From an uncultured Actinomycetes bacterium (GTDB lineage Bacteria > Actinomycetota > Thermoleophilia > Solirubrobacterales > Solirubrobacteraceae): a stretch of 64,000 nt of DNA. The notes beneath the pieces are model-generated. The model made no database searches and was not told the DNA's origin. It was given only the letters and a program-made list of their open reading frames with translations. The stretch spans positions 4,563 through 68,562 of the forward strand of contig CAWBEV010000002.1 in NCBI GenBank assembly GCA_963787935.1, in the 5' to 3' direction. The position numbers were made by a program, and so were the translations under genes. The stretch's first letter is position 1; the number at the start of each line of letters is the position of its first letter. Of the stretch, positions 55,953 to 63,942 are shown piece after piece.

Positions 55953-56948
55953 ATGATGGACCTCAACGATCGTGGCTCACTCGCCGCCGTCATCGGGCTC
56001 GGTCTCCTCCTCAGCGCTCTCCCCGCCGGCGCCCTGGCGTCGGAGGGGGGCGGCGTTCCCGCAGAGCCCGGTGTCGCACAGGTGCCTGCCGGCGGTGCCG
56101 AATACGGCACGGTCCTGCGGACCCTGCCCGGGCGCCCGCGCGTCCGCGTCCCGCGCCTGACCGACGCCACGGTGACGAGGGGAACCGCGCCGCGGGTGCG
56201 CGTGCGCGTCGAGCGCAAGGCGGCGAGGAGCGTGCGGGTCCGCATCGTCCTCGTCCCCGCACACGGAGCGACGCGCGCGCTCGCGGTGCGGCGACTCGCG
56301 ACAGGGCGGACCGTCACGCTCGCGCTCCCGCGGGCGCTGCGCCCGGGCACGTACACGCTGCGCGTCGTGGCCCTCGGCGGCGCGGGCGAGGCGAACGTCC
56401 GCTCGCGTCCGGCACGACTCGTCGTCCGCGCCGAGCCGAAGCCACGCAAGAAGGCGAGAAAGCGCCGCGGCGGGTCCCCGCCCCCGCCCCCGCCGAGCCT
56501 CGGCGGCCCGAGGACGAGGTCCTCCGGCGTCTTCCCGGTGCAGGGCTCGTACACGTTCGGCGGGTCGGGCGGCCGCTTCGGCGCCGGGCGCACCGGTCAC
56601 ACCCACGAGGGCCAGGACATCGCGGCCGCGAGCGGCACGCCGGTCGTCGCTCCGCTCGCCGGCGAGGTGCTCTTCAACGACTATCAGGCGTCGGCCGCCG
56701 GGCGCTACGTCGTGCTCGCCGCGGACAACGGCTGGCACATGTTCTTCGCCCACTGCCTGGCCGGATCGGCGACGGTGGAGCCGGGAACGCGCGTCGCCGC
56801 CGGCGACCCGCTCTGCCGGGTCGGCGCGACCGGTGACGCGAGCGGCCCACACCTGCACTTCGAGCTCTGGCCGGACGGCTGGCGCCACATCAAGGGGACC
56901 CGGCCGATCGACCCGCTGCCGCAGCTGCGCGCCTGGGCGCAGGGCTGA
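55953..56948 (+). CDS. M23-family metallopeptidase (secreted)
   Basis: In-frame ATG at 55953 of ORF 54267..56948. Signal-like LAAVIGLGLLLSALPAGALA. M23 motifs GHTHEGQDIAAASGTPVVAPLAG (HxxxD) and GATGDASGPHLHFELW (HxH). Confidence 0.88.
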   Translation: MMDLNDRGSLAAVIGLGLLLSALPAGALASEGGGVPAEPGVAQVPAGGAEYGTVLRTLPGRPRVRVPRLTDATVTRGTAPRVRVRVERKAARSVRVRIVLVPAHGATRALAVRRLATGRTVTLALPRALRPGTYTLRVVALGGAGEANVRSRPARLVVRAEPKPRKKARKRRGGSPPPPPPSLGGPRTRSSGVFPVQGSYTFGGSGGRFGAGRTGHTHEGQDIAAASGTPVVAPLAGEVLFNDYQASAAGRYVVLAADNGWHMFFAHCLAGSATVEPGTRVAAGDPLCRVGATGDASGPHLHFELWPDGWRHIKGTRPIDPLPQLRAWAQG

Positions 56949-56993
56949 TCCCGCGCGGCGCCCGCGGCACCCCCGCGCTACCCTGACGCGCGC

Positions 56994-57066
56994 GGCGAGA
57001 TAGCTCAGTTGGTAGAGCACACGACTGAAAATCGTGGTGTCCCCGGTTCGAGTCCGGGTCTCGCCA
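56994..57066 (+). tRNA. tRNA-Phe (anticodon GAA)
   Basis: GGCGAGA-TA-GCTC-AGTTGGTA-GAGC-A-CACGA-CTGAAAA-TCGTG-GTGTC-CCCGG-TTCGAGT-CCGGG-TCTCGCC-A. Folds as a canonical 73-nt cloverleaf; CCA not encoded. Confidence 0.97.
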
Positions 57067-57168
57067 TAAGCGACGTGCCAGTGCGTTGACTGTTGAGCAT
57101 CGGGAGGCGATGCGCCGCCGTCCGCAGGCAGGCGGGCCGGCGGCGACATCAAGTGGAGCGTGCTGAAG

Positions 57169-57588
57169 TCACGCCTTCGCGGGCTCCGGCAGCGCGCCGA
57201 TCTGCGCCAGCAGCGTGGGGACGTCGGCGATCTCCCACTCCTCTTCGATCCGGCCGTCGCGGCAGCGGCTGATCGTCAATGTCGAGAACTCGACGTCACG
57301 GCCGGTCGGCGGCACGCCCATCAGCTCGCCGTCGTGCCGACCGCGGACGGTCGTGCGCGTCGCGACGAACTCACCCGCACCGAACTGGTGCTCGATCGTG
57401 ACGTTCAGCCCCGAGAACGCGTCGCGGTAGCCCTGTACGACAGCGGTCAAGCCGTCCACGCCTCGAGCTTCCTCCGGGTGCAGCACGTAGTCCGGACTGA
57501 GGATCTCGTGCAGCGCGTGGAAGTTGCCCGCCGACGCGTTCGCGAAGCAAGCACGCACAGCCGCCTGGTTGTCCTCGCCCATGCTCAT
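57169..57588 (-). CDS. SnoaL-like ester cyclase / NTF2-superfamily protein
   Basis: Intact 139 aa. NQAAVRACFANASAGNFHALHEILSPDYVLH...GYRDAFSGLNVTIEHQFGAGEFVATRTTVRGRHDGELMGVPPTGRDVEFSTLTISRCRDGRIEEEW. Confidence 0.8.
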   Translation of the reverse strand: MSMGEDNQAAVRACFANASAGNFHALHEILSPDYVLHPEEARGVDGLTAVVQGYRDAFSGLNVTIEHQFGAGEFVATRTTVRGRHDGELMGVPPTGRDVEFSTLTISRCRDGRIEEEWEIADVPTLLAQIGALPEPAKA

Positions 57589-57678
57589 GACCTCCCCCTC
57601 GTTGTGTCCCGATCACGATTGCGATCGCTCGACCAGGAGGATCACGCGCGGCGCCTGGCGCGTCGTCGGTAGTCCTAC

Positions 57679-59319
57679 CTAATCGCTTGCCCGTTCGGTG
57701 ATGCCCTCGCGAACGGCGTACGCGGCAGCCTCGGCGCGGCTGCGCAGGTCGAGCTTCGAGAGGATGCTCGCGACGTGGTGCTCAGCGGTGCGGCGGCTGA
57801 TGAAGAGCCGCTCCGCGATCTCGGCGTTCGACAGGCCGACGGCGACCAGCGCGAGGACCTCGGCCTCGCGCGCCGTCAGGCGCCCGTGGCCGCTGGCTCG
57901 CGGTCGCCCGCCGTGACCGAGCTCGCGGAGCAGACCAGCGGCTGCGTCGGCATCGCGGCCTGCGCCCAGCCGCGCGAATGCGGCGAACGCGAGTCGGGCC
58001 TCCGCCGCGGCGGCATCGGGCGCGCCGGAAACGAGCGTGCGCGCCAGCTCGAGCTGGGCCCGGGCGGCCTCGAGCGGCATCTCGAGACGCGCGAACCGCT
58101 CCAGCGCGTGCTGGAAGCGCGAGGTCGCCTGGACGTCGCCCTCGCTGGCCAGGATCCGTCCCGCAGCACAGTCTGCGAACGCTCGCGCCCGCTCACCTCC
58201 GGATCCGGCGAGCGGCTCGAGCCGGCCGGCGGCCTCCCGCGCAGCCGGCAGATCCTCGCGGGCCACCTCGATCCGGACGAGCAGCTCGAGGACAGGGGCG
58301 CATGCCGGATCGCCGGGATCGGCTCCGTCGAGGCACAGCAATGCGACGTCCCGCGCGAGGCCCAGATCGCCCCTGGCGAGGGCGATCTGGGCCGCCGCTC
58401 GCCGGGCACGCGGATGCCACTCCAGCCCCCCCATGAGCTGCTCGGCCTCCTCGTAGCGTCCCTGGCGCACCCGCAGGTCGGCGAGACGCACGAGCGTGAA
58501 TGCCCGCTCGCCTCGGTATCCACGCGCGAACGCCGCTGCTGCAGCCAACAGCTCCCGCTCGGCTTCAGCCCACCGCCCGAGCGCGACGAGGATGCCCCCG
58601 TAGTGGGTCCGGCACGTCGGCCTGACGAAATCGCTCCACAGCGCGAAGCGATCGATCGCGGCGATCCACGCCTCTGCTCGACTGACGTCCTCGACGTGCT
58701 CGCACGCACTCAGCATGCGGCAATAGATCTCGCTCGCGCAGCCGCGCTCGGTGATCTCACCCGCAGACAACGCCGCCATGGCCTGATCGAGCAGAGACAT
58801 CCCCTCCGCAACGCGGCCGGTCGCCACATACGACTCGCCGAGCAGCGAGAGCGCATTGAACTCCAGGTCGGCGTCGCCATAACGACGCGCGATCGCCACG
58901 GCGGAGAGCGCGAGCTGCTCGCGCTCGGCGGCAGCGTCGGAGAAAGGCGCACGGTTGAGAACGAGCCAGCCGTGCTCGGCGCATTCGTCGACGCCCTCCA
59001 GCACACTCTCCGCGCGGGCCATCCATGCGCCGGCGGCAGGAATGTCGCCGTGGACGCACGCGCAAAGGAACGCCGTCCAGCGCGCCACCGCCGCGGCCTC
59101 CGCGTTGCGGCCGGAAAGACGGTAGGCCGCGAAGGCACGCGCCTTGACCTCGATAGCCGCTCCGTACTCACCGAGCATCTGCAGCGCGATACCGAGACCG
59201 TCCAGAGCCTCGGCATCCTCCCCCGCGTCGTCGAAACATGACCGGGCGGTCGACCAGTCCTCGACCGCCAGCGCCCGGCGACCGAGGGTCACCAGATCGT
59301 TGGAGGTGTCCCCCGACAC
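57679..59319 (-). CDS. LuxR-family transcriptional regulator with large N-terminal TPR-like domain (no P-loop seen)
   Basis: Intact 546 aa. C-terminal [51 protein letters not shown]. Helical-repeat N-region. Confidence 0.88.
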   Translation of the reverse strand: MSGDTSNDLVTLGRRALAVEDWSTARSCFDDAGEDAEALDGLGIALQMLGEYGAAIEVKARAFAAYRLSGRNAEAAAVARWTAFLCACVHGDIPAAGAWMARAESVLEGVDECAEHGWLVLNRAPFSDAAAEREQLALSAVAIARRYGDADLEFNALSLLGESYVATGRVAEGMSLLDQAMAALSAGEITERGCASEIYCRMLSACEHVEDVSRAEAWIAAIDRFALWSDFVRPTCRTHYGGILVALGRWAEAERELLAAAAAFARGYRGERAFTLVRLADLRVRQGRYEEAEQLMGGLEWHPRARRAAAQIALARGDLGLARDVALLCLDGADPGDPACAPVLELLVRIEVAREDLPAAREAAGRLEPLAGSGGERARAFADCAAGRILASEGDVQATSRFQHALERFARLEMPLEAARAQLELARTLVSGAPDAAAAEARLAFAAFARLGAGRDADAAAGLLRELGHGGRPRASGHGRLTAREAEVLALVAVGLSNAEIAERLFISRRTAEHHVASILSKLDLRSRAEAAAYAVREGITERASD

Positions 59320-59476
59320 GATGCGATCATCCCACCTGCGCCGACGTAGTCGGACGCGGCCGACCCGGTACCAGTCGTGGTACCCACTATGTGCTGATCC
59401 GGGGTGTCAGACCTGTTGCGATTCCGGGACGGACCGCCGTCATTTGACGCATCGGACATCACGACACGATCCACCG

Positions 59477-59503
59477 CCCGGTTCGAGTCCGGGTCTCGCC
59501 ATA
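59477..59503 (+). repeat. Direct repeat of tRNA-Phe 3' end (27/27 identical to 57042-57068); att-type junction
   Basis: cccggttcgagtccgggtctcgccata occurs at both positions. Confidence 0.9.
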
Positions 59504-59851
59504 CGGGAAGTGGCCGGAAAGCGGCACCTTCGGCTTGGCCCTCGACGGCGCTGGTCGAGGGCCCATGGGTTGTCGCGACCCAATGGAGGCCCGATCATGA
59601 GCACGATGGCGGGCTCTCTCGCGGGCTCACGCCGCCTTCCGGCGGCCAGATCACCGCAACTGCGGTTCTTCCGGATCGTGGAGCGGGTCTCGAACTGAAG
59701 CGACCACGATTGCGGGACGTGGTCGCTCGCGATCGGACAACGCAGCCACGGCCGACGCATATGCCAAACTTGTGTTCCTGCGATTCTCGACGGAACAACT
59801 TTGACATATCCCCCACTACATCCCGAGAGCAAGGCGCCTGCGCAGCTCACG

Positions 59852-61426
59852 ATGTCCGGATCGGAGTTCCGGTCGGCGTACCCCGGCGAGGGGCAATACG
59901 TCGAGTTCAAGACCGGCGCGTCAGGCGCCCAGCTGCAGAACACCGCGGTGGCGTTCTCGAACGCTGACGGAGGCGTGGTGCTCATCGGTATCACCGACGA
60001 CGGAGAGATCCACGGGAGAGCACTCGACACCGGGACCGCAGACGACATCCACCGGGCGCTGCAGGACGCACGCGACGTGGGCCGGTACAGCCTCCACCAA
60101 ATCGATGTCGAGGGCCGCCCGGTCATCGTGTTGTCGGTCGCCCGTCGGCTCGAGGGATTCGCCCAGACGTCGGGCGGCGTCCCTCGAGTTCGGCGAGGAA
60201 CCCGCGACGATGCGCTGTTCGGATCGGAGCTCGTGCGATTCGTCAATGAACGCACGACTTCGAGATTCGAGACCACACAGGTCAGGGCGGCGCGTGGCGA
60301 GATCGATCCGCGACTTCGGGGCGAGATCGCCCGAGCCCAGGGATGGGATCGCGCGACGCCGAATCGCCTGCGCGACGCCGGACTGTTGTCCGATGACCAC
60401 CTCACCGTCGCTGGGGCGCTCTACCTCCTGCGCGATCCCGGCCAGGAGCTCGGGAAGGCCTACGTCGAGATCCTCCGCTACCCCGATGACGTGACAATCG
60501 ACTACGACCGGCGCGAGGAGATCCACGGTCCGATTCACCACGTCCTTCGCGACACGGTCGAACGGTTGACCGACGAGCTGGGATCCGAGCTGGTCGTGCT
60601 CGGGGTACGGCGCTACGAGTTGCCGCGGCTCCCCGAGATCGTGCTGCGCGAGGCCGTCGCCAATGCCCTCGCTCATCGCAGTTACGAGGCCACCGGGTCT
60701 GCCGTTCGAATCGAGCTGCGGCCGTCGCTCGTCACGGTCCGTTCGCCGGGCGGGCTGCCCGAGCCCGTGACCGTCGAGAACATCCGCGAGGCCAACGCCG
60801 CCCGGAACCTCACCACCATCCGCGTCCTCCGACGGCTCGGGCTCGCCGAGGACGCCGGCCGAGGAGTTGATCTCATGCAGGACGCGATGGCCGAAGAGAT
60901 GCTCGACCCGCCGCGGTTTCACGACAACGGCCACGAGGTGCTCGTCGAACTCCCAATCCGCAGCGTCGTCTCGCCGGCCGAGCGCGCCTGGCTGCGCGAA
61001 CTCGAGCAGCGCGGCACTCTCACCGGTTCCGACCGCCTTGTTCTCGTGCACGCGGCGCGCGGAGAGGTCCTCACCAATGCGCGCGTCCGGGAGATCCTGG
61101 GTCTAGGCGTGGACTCAGCGACTGCCCGCGAGACGCTCAAACGGCTACGCGACGAACACCTGCTCGAACAGCGCGGGCAGCGCGGCGGAGCCAGCTATCG
61201 CCTCGCCGGCACCATGAAGCCCCCTGCGGGGCTCAGGCTCAGCGCCGAAGAACTTGACGACGTCGTCGCGCGGCTCGCCGCCGAGGGACCCATCAGCAAT
61301 CGAGACGTCCGCGCCGCGACGGGCCTCGAGCGCGCCGAAGCGCTCGCGATCCTCGACCGGCTCGTGACCGCAGGGCGACTACGACGGACCGGAGAACGAC
61401 GCGGCACGAAATACCACACGCCGTGA
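59852..61426 (+). CDS. AlbA_2 (Schlafen-like divergent AAA) + HATPase_c_4 + tandem wHTH ATP-binding protein (COG2865-like)
   Basis: Probable start MSGSEFRS at 59852 in ORF 59801..61426. GEGQYVEFKTGASGAQLQNTAVAFSNADGGVVLIGITDDGEIHG (AlbA_2). LREAVANALAHRSYEATGSAVRIELRPSLVTVRSPGGLP...RNLTTIRVLRRLGLAEDAGRG (HATPase_c_4). C-terminal wHTH-like segments. Confidence 0.8.
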   Translation: MSGSEFRSAYPGEGQYVEFKTGASGAQLQNTAVAFSNADGGVVLIGITDDGEIHGRALDTGTADDIHRALQDARDVGRYSLHQIDVEGRPVIVLSVARRLEGFAQTSGGVPRVRRGTRDDALFGSELVRFVNERTTSRFETTQVRAARGEIDPRLRGEIARAQGWDRATPNRLRDAGLLSDDHLTVAGALYLLRDPGQELGKAYVEILRYPDDVTIDYDRREEIHGPIHHVLRDTVERLTDELGSELVVLGVRRYELPRLPEIVLREAVANALAHRSYEATGSAVRIELRPSLVTVRSPGGLPEPVTVENIREANAARNLTTIRVLRRLGLAEDAGRGVDLMQDAMAEEMLDPPRFHDNGHEVLVELPIRSVVSPAERAWLRELEQRGTLTGSDRLVLVHAARGEVLTNARVREILGLGVDSATARETLKRLRDEHLLEQRGQRGGASYRLAGTMKPPAGLRLSAEELDDVVARLAAEGPISNRDVRAATGLERAEALAILDRLVTAGRLRRTGERRGTKYHTP

Positions 61427-61595
61427 CGACTTCGAGAACGCCTCAGCCCCAGAAGACGCAGGTCGGATCGCGGTCGAGCTCGTCCAGCAACGCAAGAACA
61501 TCGGCCGACGGCGACGCTATCCACGGACATACCAGGCCCCAGGCCGCCGGCGAAAGCCCCATGAACACTGATGATCGCGGCGCGAACGCCGACGC

Positions 61596-61638
61596 CTGAA
61601 AATCGTGGTGTCCCCGGTTCGAGTCCGGGTCTCGCCAT
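61596..61638 (+). repeat. Direct repeat of tRNA-Phe 3' half (43/43 identical to 57025-57067); att-type junction
   Basis: ctgaaaatcgtggtgtccccggttcgagtccgggtctcgccat occurs at both positions. Confidence 0.95.
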
Positions 61639-61901
61639 CGAAGTGCCTGGAAATTAGCCATTTTGGGCACGTGACGCTCGAACACAACACACCACGAATT
61701 CAGACGTTGTGTCGCCGGTTCGAGAAACCGCCTCGATCGGGGAACCCGCCAAGCCCGGCCTCCCCGAGGCCCGACCCGACCCTTCGCGCGCCTGCTCCTC
61801 GTCCCGGGCGGGAGCGGCGGAGTGGTTGACGTTCCCACGTGGGTGCTGAGCGGGTGTAGGTTCGGCTGGTCCGACGTATCTCCCATCGAAAGGGGCCACC
61901 T

Positions 61902-62276
61902 ATGGGCGCCCAGGAGAACAAGCAGACCGCCCAGGCCGCCTACGCCGCGTTCAACAGCGGTGATGCCGAAGGGGCGATGGCGAACATCGATGATTCGATC
62001 GCGTGGACGGTGCGAGGCGACAACGCGCTGACCGGCACGCACACCGGCAAGCAGGCGGTCGGCGAGCTGTGGGGGAAGTTCGTGGAGGCAGGCTTCCGCG
62101 GAGCGCCGCACGACTTCATCGCTGAGGGCGACAAGGTCATCGTCCTCACGACCGTTCAGCTCGGCGGTGAAACGAACGAGAGCGTCGATGTCTTGACCTA
62201 CAACGGCGCGGGCCACCTCGTCGCGTTCGACACGATCGGTGACGAGGCGGCCGCAAACCGCGTCTTCGCCAAGTAG
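61902..62276 (+). CDS. NTF2-like (SnoaL_2-type) small protein
   Basis: Intact 124 aa with RBS gaaagggg. NKQTAQAAYAAFNSGDAEGAMANIDDSIAWTVRG...GKQAVGELWGKFVE...DKVIVLTTVQLGGE. Confidence 0.8.
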   Translation: MGAQENKQTAQAAYAAFNSGDAEGAMANIDDSIAWTVRGDNALTGTHTGKQAVGELWGKFVEAGFRGAPHDFIAEGDKVIVLTTVQLGGETNESVDVLTYNGAGHLVAFDTIGDEAAANRVFAK

Positions 62277-62633
62277 CGGGCAGAGGATGGTCAGGCTGCC
62301 CGGGGTCTACCCGGGTAGCTCAGCCGCTCCCCCGCCTCCAGCAACGCGGGCGCCTGCTCCTCGTCTGGAGCGAGCGTGCCGCGCTTGATCTGCGCCGGCG
62401 CGGAAGCTCGCGGGGAAGCGGACGCGAACTGGCCCGTTCGGGCTTGACGAATGAGCTGCGAGCGGCCCCGCCGCAGCGGCGCGGCGCCGACGGAGCACGC
62501 CGAGCAAATGAGGTCCGCTGCGGCCCCTTTCTGGCCGCCGGGCACAGGTAGATACTGGCCGCGACGTTCCTTCGCGCTGCGGGCCGGGTTCCTGGTGCCC
62601 TCATCACCTCCGACCAACCTGTGGCCCCGACCG

Positions 62634-63335
62634 ATGGGAGTTGGCGTGGACGAGTCACGAGCACTTCAGCGCGCGGGCTGGGCGGGCGCCGCCACTGTCG
62701 TGCTGCTCGCCGGGGGCGTGGCGCTGGGCTACTTGGTCGGCGTCGACGACCCCAGCATGTCGGACGCCGCCATCCTCGAGCGACTCAACGACGACGCACG
62801 GCAGGTCGCAGCCGGCGTCGGGATGCCGGTGCTCGCCGCGGGTATCGCGCTGCTGCTCTGGTTCGCCACCGGTCTGCGGCGGGTACTGGACCGGCTGTCC
62901 GGCGGGGACCCGCTCGCACACGCAATCGTGCCGGCGGCGGCACTGTTCGGCGGGCTGATGATCACCGGGGTGTCGCTCGACGTCGCGAGCGCCTACGCGG
63001 CATTGTCCGACGAGTTCACCCCCGACCCGGACACCGTCCGCGCGCTCGGCATGGCTGGGAGCGTTCTTGCGCTCACCGGGCTGATCGGCGGCGGGGTACT
63101 GGTCGCCGTGACCACACGGATCGCCCAGCAGGCGCAAGCCCTGGCGACGTGGGCCATCTGGGCGTCCTACGCCGTCGCCGGGCTGACCCTGACTGGCTTC
63201 TGGAGCGGGGGCATGGCATCCGTGGCCTTCGCGGTGTGGCTCATCGGCGCCGCCATCGGGGTACTGCGCACGGCGCGGCAGACACCGCTCGCGCCGGCCG
63301 TCCCGGCCTCCGGTGGCCCGCACGCCACCGCATAG
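62634..63335 (+). CDS. Hypothetical polytopic membrane protein
   Basis: In-frame ATG at 62634 in ORF 62451..63335. 233 aa with about 6 hydrophobic helices (AGAATVVLLAGGVALGYLV, MPVLAAGIALLLWFATGL, PAAALFGGLMITGVSL, LALTGLIGGGVLVAV, ASYAVAGLTLTGFW, AFAVWLIGAAIGVL). Confidence 0.6.
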   Translation: MGVGVDESRALQRAGWAGAATVVLLAGGVALGYLVGVDDPSMSDAAILERLNDDARQVAAGVGMPVLAAGIALLLWFATGLRRVLDRLSGGDPLAHAIVPAAALFGGLMITGVSLDVASAYAALSDEFTPDPDTVRALGMAGSVLALTGLIGGGVLVAVTTRIAQQAQALATWAIWASYAVAGLTLTGFWSGGMASVAFAVWLIGAAIGVLRTARQTPLAPAVPASGGPHATA

Positions 63336-63519
63336 GGACCGGATTTGGGCCATCACACTGAACCCGGCAGCGCATCCAGAACGTCGCGTCCCTCCGACCT
63401 TGTCTCCCATACCTGATGGGACAGCGCCTTTGCTTCGTGCCTTCCAGCGACGTTCTCTCCCACCCTACGCGAAGTAAGTTGCGCGGCTGCCTGCCAGTGA
63501 CCGGGGTGACCAAGGTCGG

Positions 63520-63942
63520 TCAGGTGCCGAGCGCGAATCGCGGCGAGCTGCGCACGCGGCGGACGCCGCGGTCCGCGAGCACGACCGCGAGCGCCAGTAC
63601 GATCAGCGCAAACAGGGGGTGCAGCCCGCCCGCCCACTTGTCGGCACTCGCCAGCGCGATCTGCGCCGTCCCGACGACCGCGACGGCGACCGAGAACCAC
63701 AGGTCCGACTTCGGGAGCCAGGCGGCGAGCGCGACGATCAGGATGAGGATCTCGCCGCTGTGCAGCGCGAACCCGACTGCCTTGTGTGCGTCGAGCGCGC
63801 CCTTTCCGGCCCCGAAGATGTAGGCGCCGATCAGGTAGACCTGGAGCACCACGCCGACGACGATCAAGCAGGCGAGCAGCACGTGTAGTCCCGAGGCCCA
63901 CCGGCGGACGCCGCCGACGCGCTCGGGGGCGGCGTCGGACAT
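63520..63942 (-). CDS. Hypothetical 4-TM membrane protein (DUF6220-like)
   Basis: Intact 140 aa. GLHVLLACLIVVGVVLQVYLIGAYIFG...HKAVGFALHSGEILILIVALAAWL...WFSVAVAVVGTAQIAL...LHPLFALIVLALAVVL. Confidence 0.6.
   Translation of the reverse strand: MSDAAPERVGGVRRWASGLHVLLACLIVVGVVLQVYLIGAYIFGAGKGALDAHKAVGFALHSGEILILIVALAAWLPKSDLWFSVAVAVVGTAQIALASADKWAGGLHPLFALIVLALAVVLADRGVRRVRSSPRFALGT

Larger units (their letters stand above)
57067..61638. mobile_element. Two tandem tRNA-Phe-associated genomic islets (57068-59503 and 59504-61638) bounded by direct repeats of the tRNA 3' end; no integrase present
   Basis: Exact 27-nt (59477-59503) and 43-nt (61596-61638) copies of the tRNA-Phe 3' end. GC drops locally at the junctions by eye. 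Cargo is unrelated to the flanking core genes. Confidence 0.5.

Noticed and set aside
59400-59503. A possible second tRNA gene or tRNA pseudogene ending at the 27-nt repeat.
   Set aside because: Only the T-arm and acceptor 3' strand are present. The upstream 75 nt cannot form D or anticodon arms, so this is an att-type partial repeat.
57067-61638. An integrase, excisionase or transposase expected next to tRNA-associated repeats.
   Set aside because: None of the six frames shows tyrosine-recombinase (R..HxxR..Y), serine-recombinase or DDE motifs. The absence is reported as a finding rather than forcing a call.
61443-62216. A 257-aa minus ORF spanning the outer repeat.
   Set aside because: It reads through the antisense tRNA fragment (translated as DSNRGHHDFQ) and runs antisense to the well-supported NTF2-like gene. 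No protein signature is present.
62311-62330. gggtagctcagc, which resembles a tRNA D-arm start.
   Set aside because: Only an 8-nt match (tagctcag), with no downstream anticodon or T-arm.
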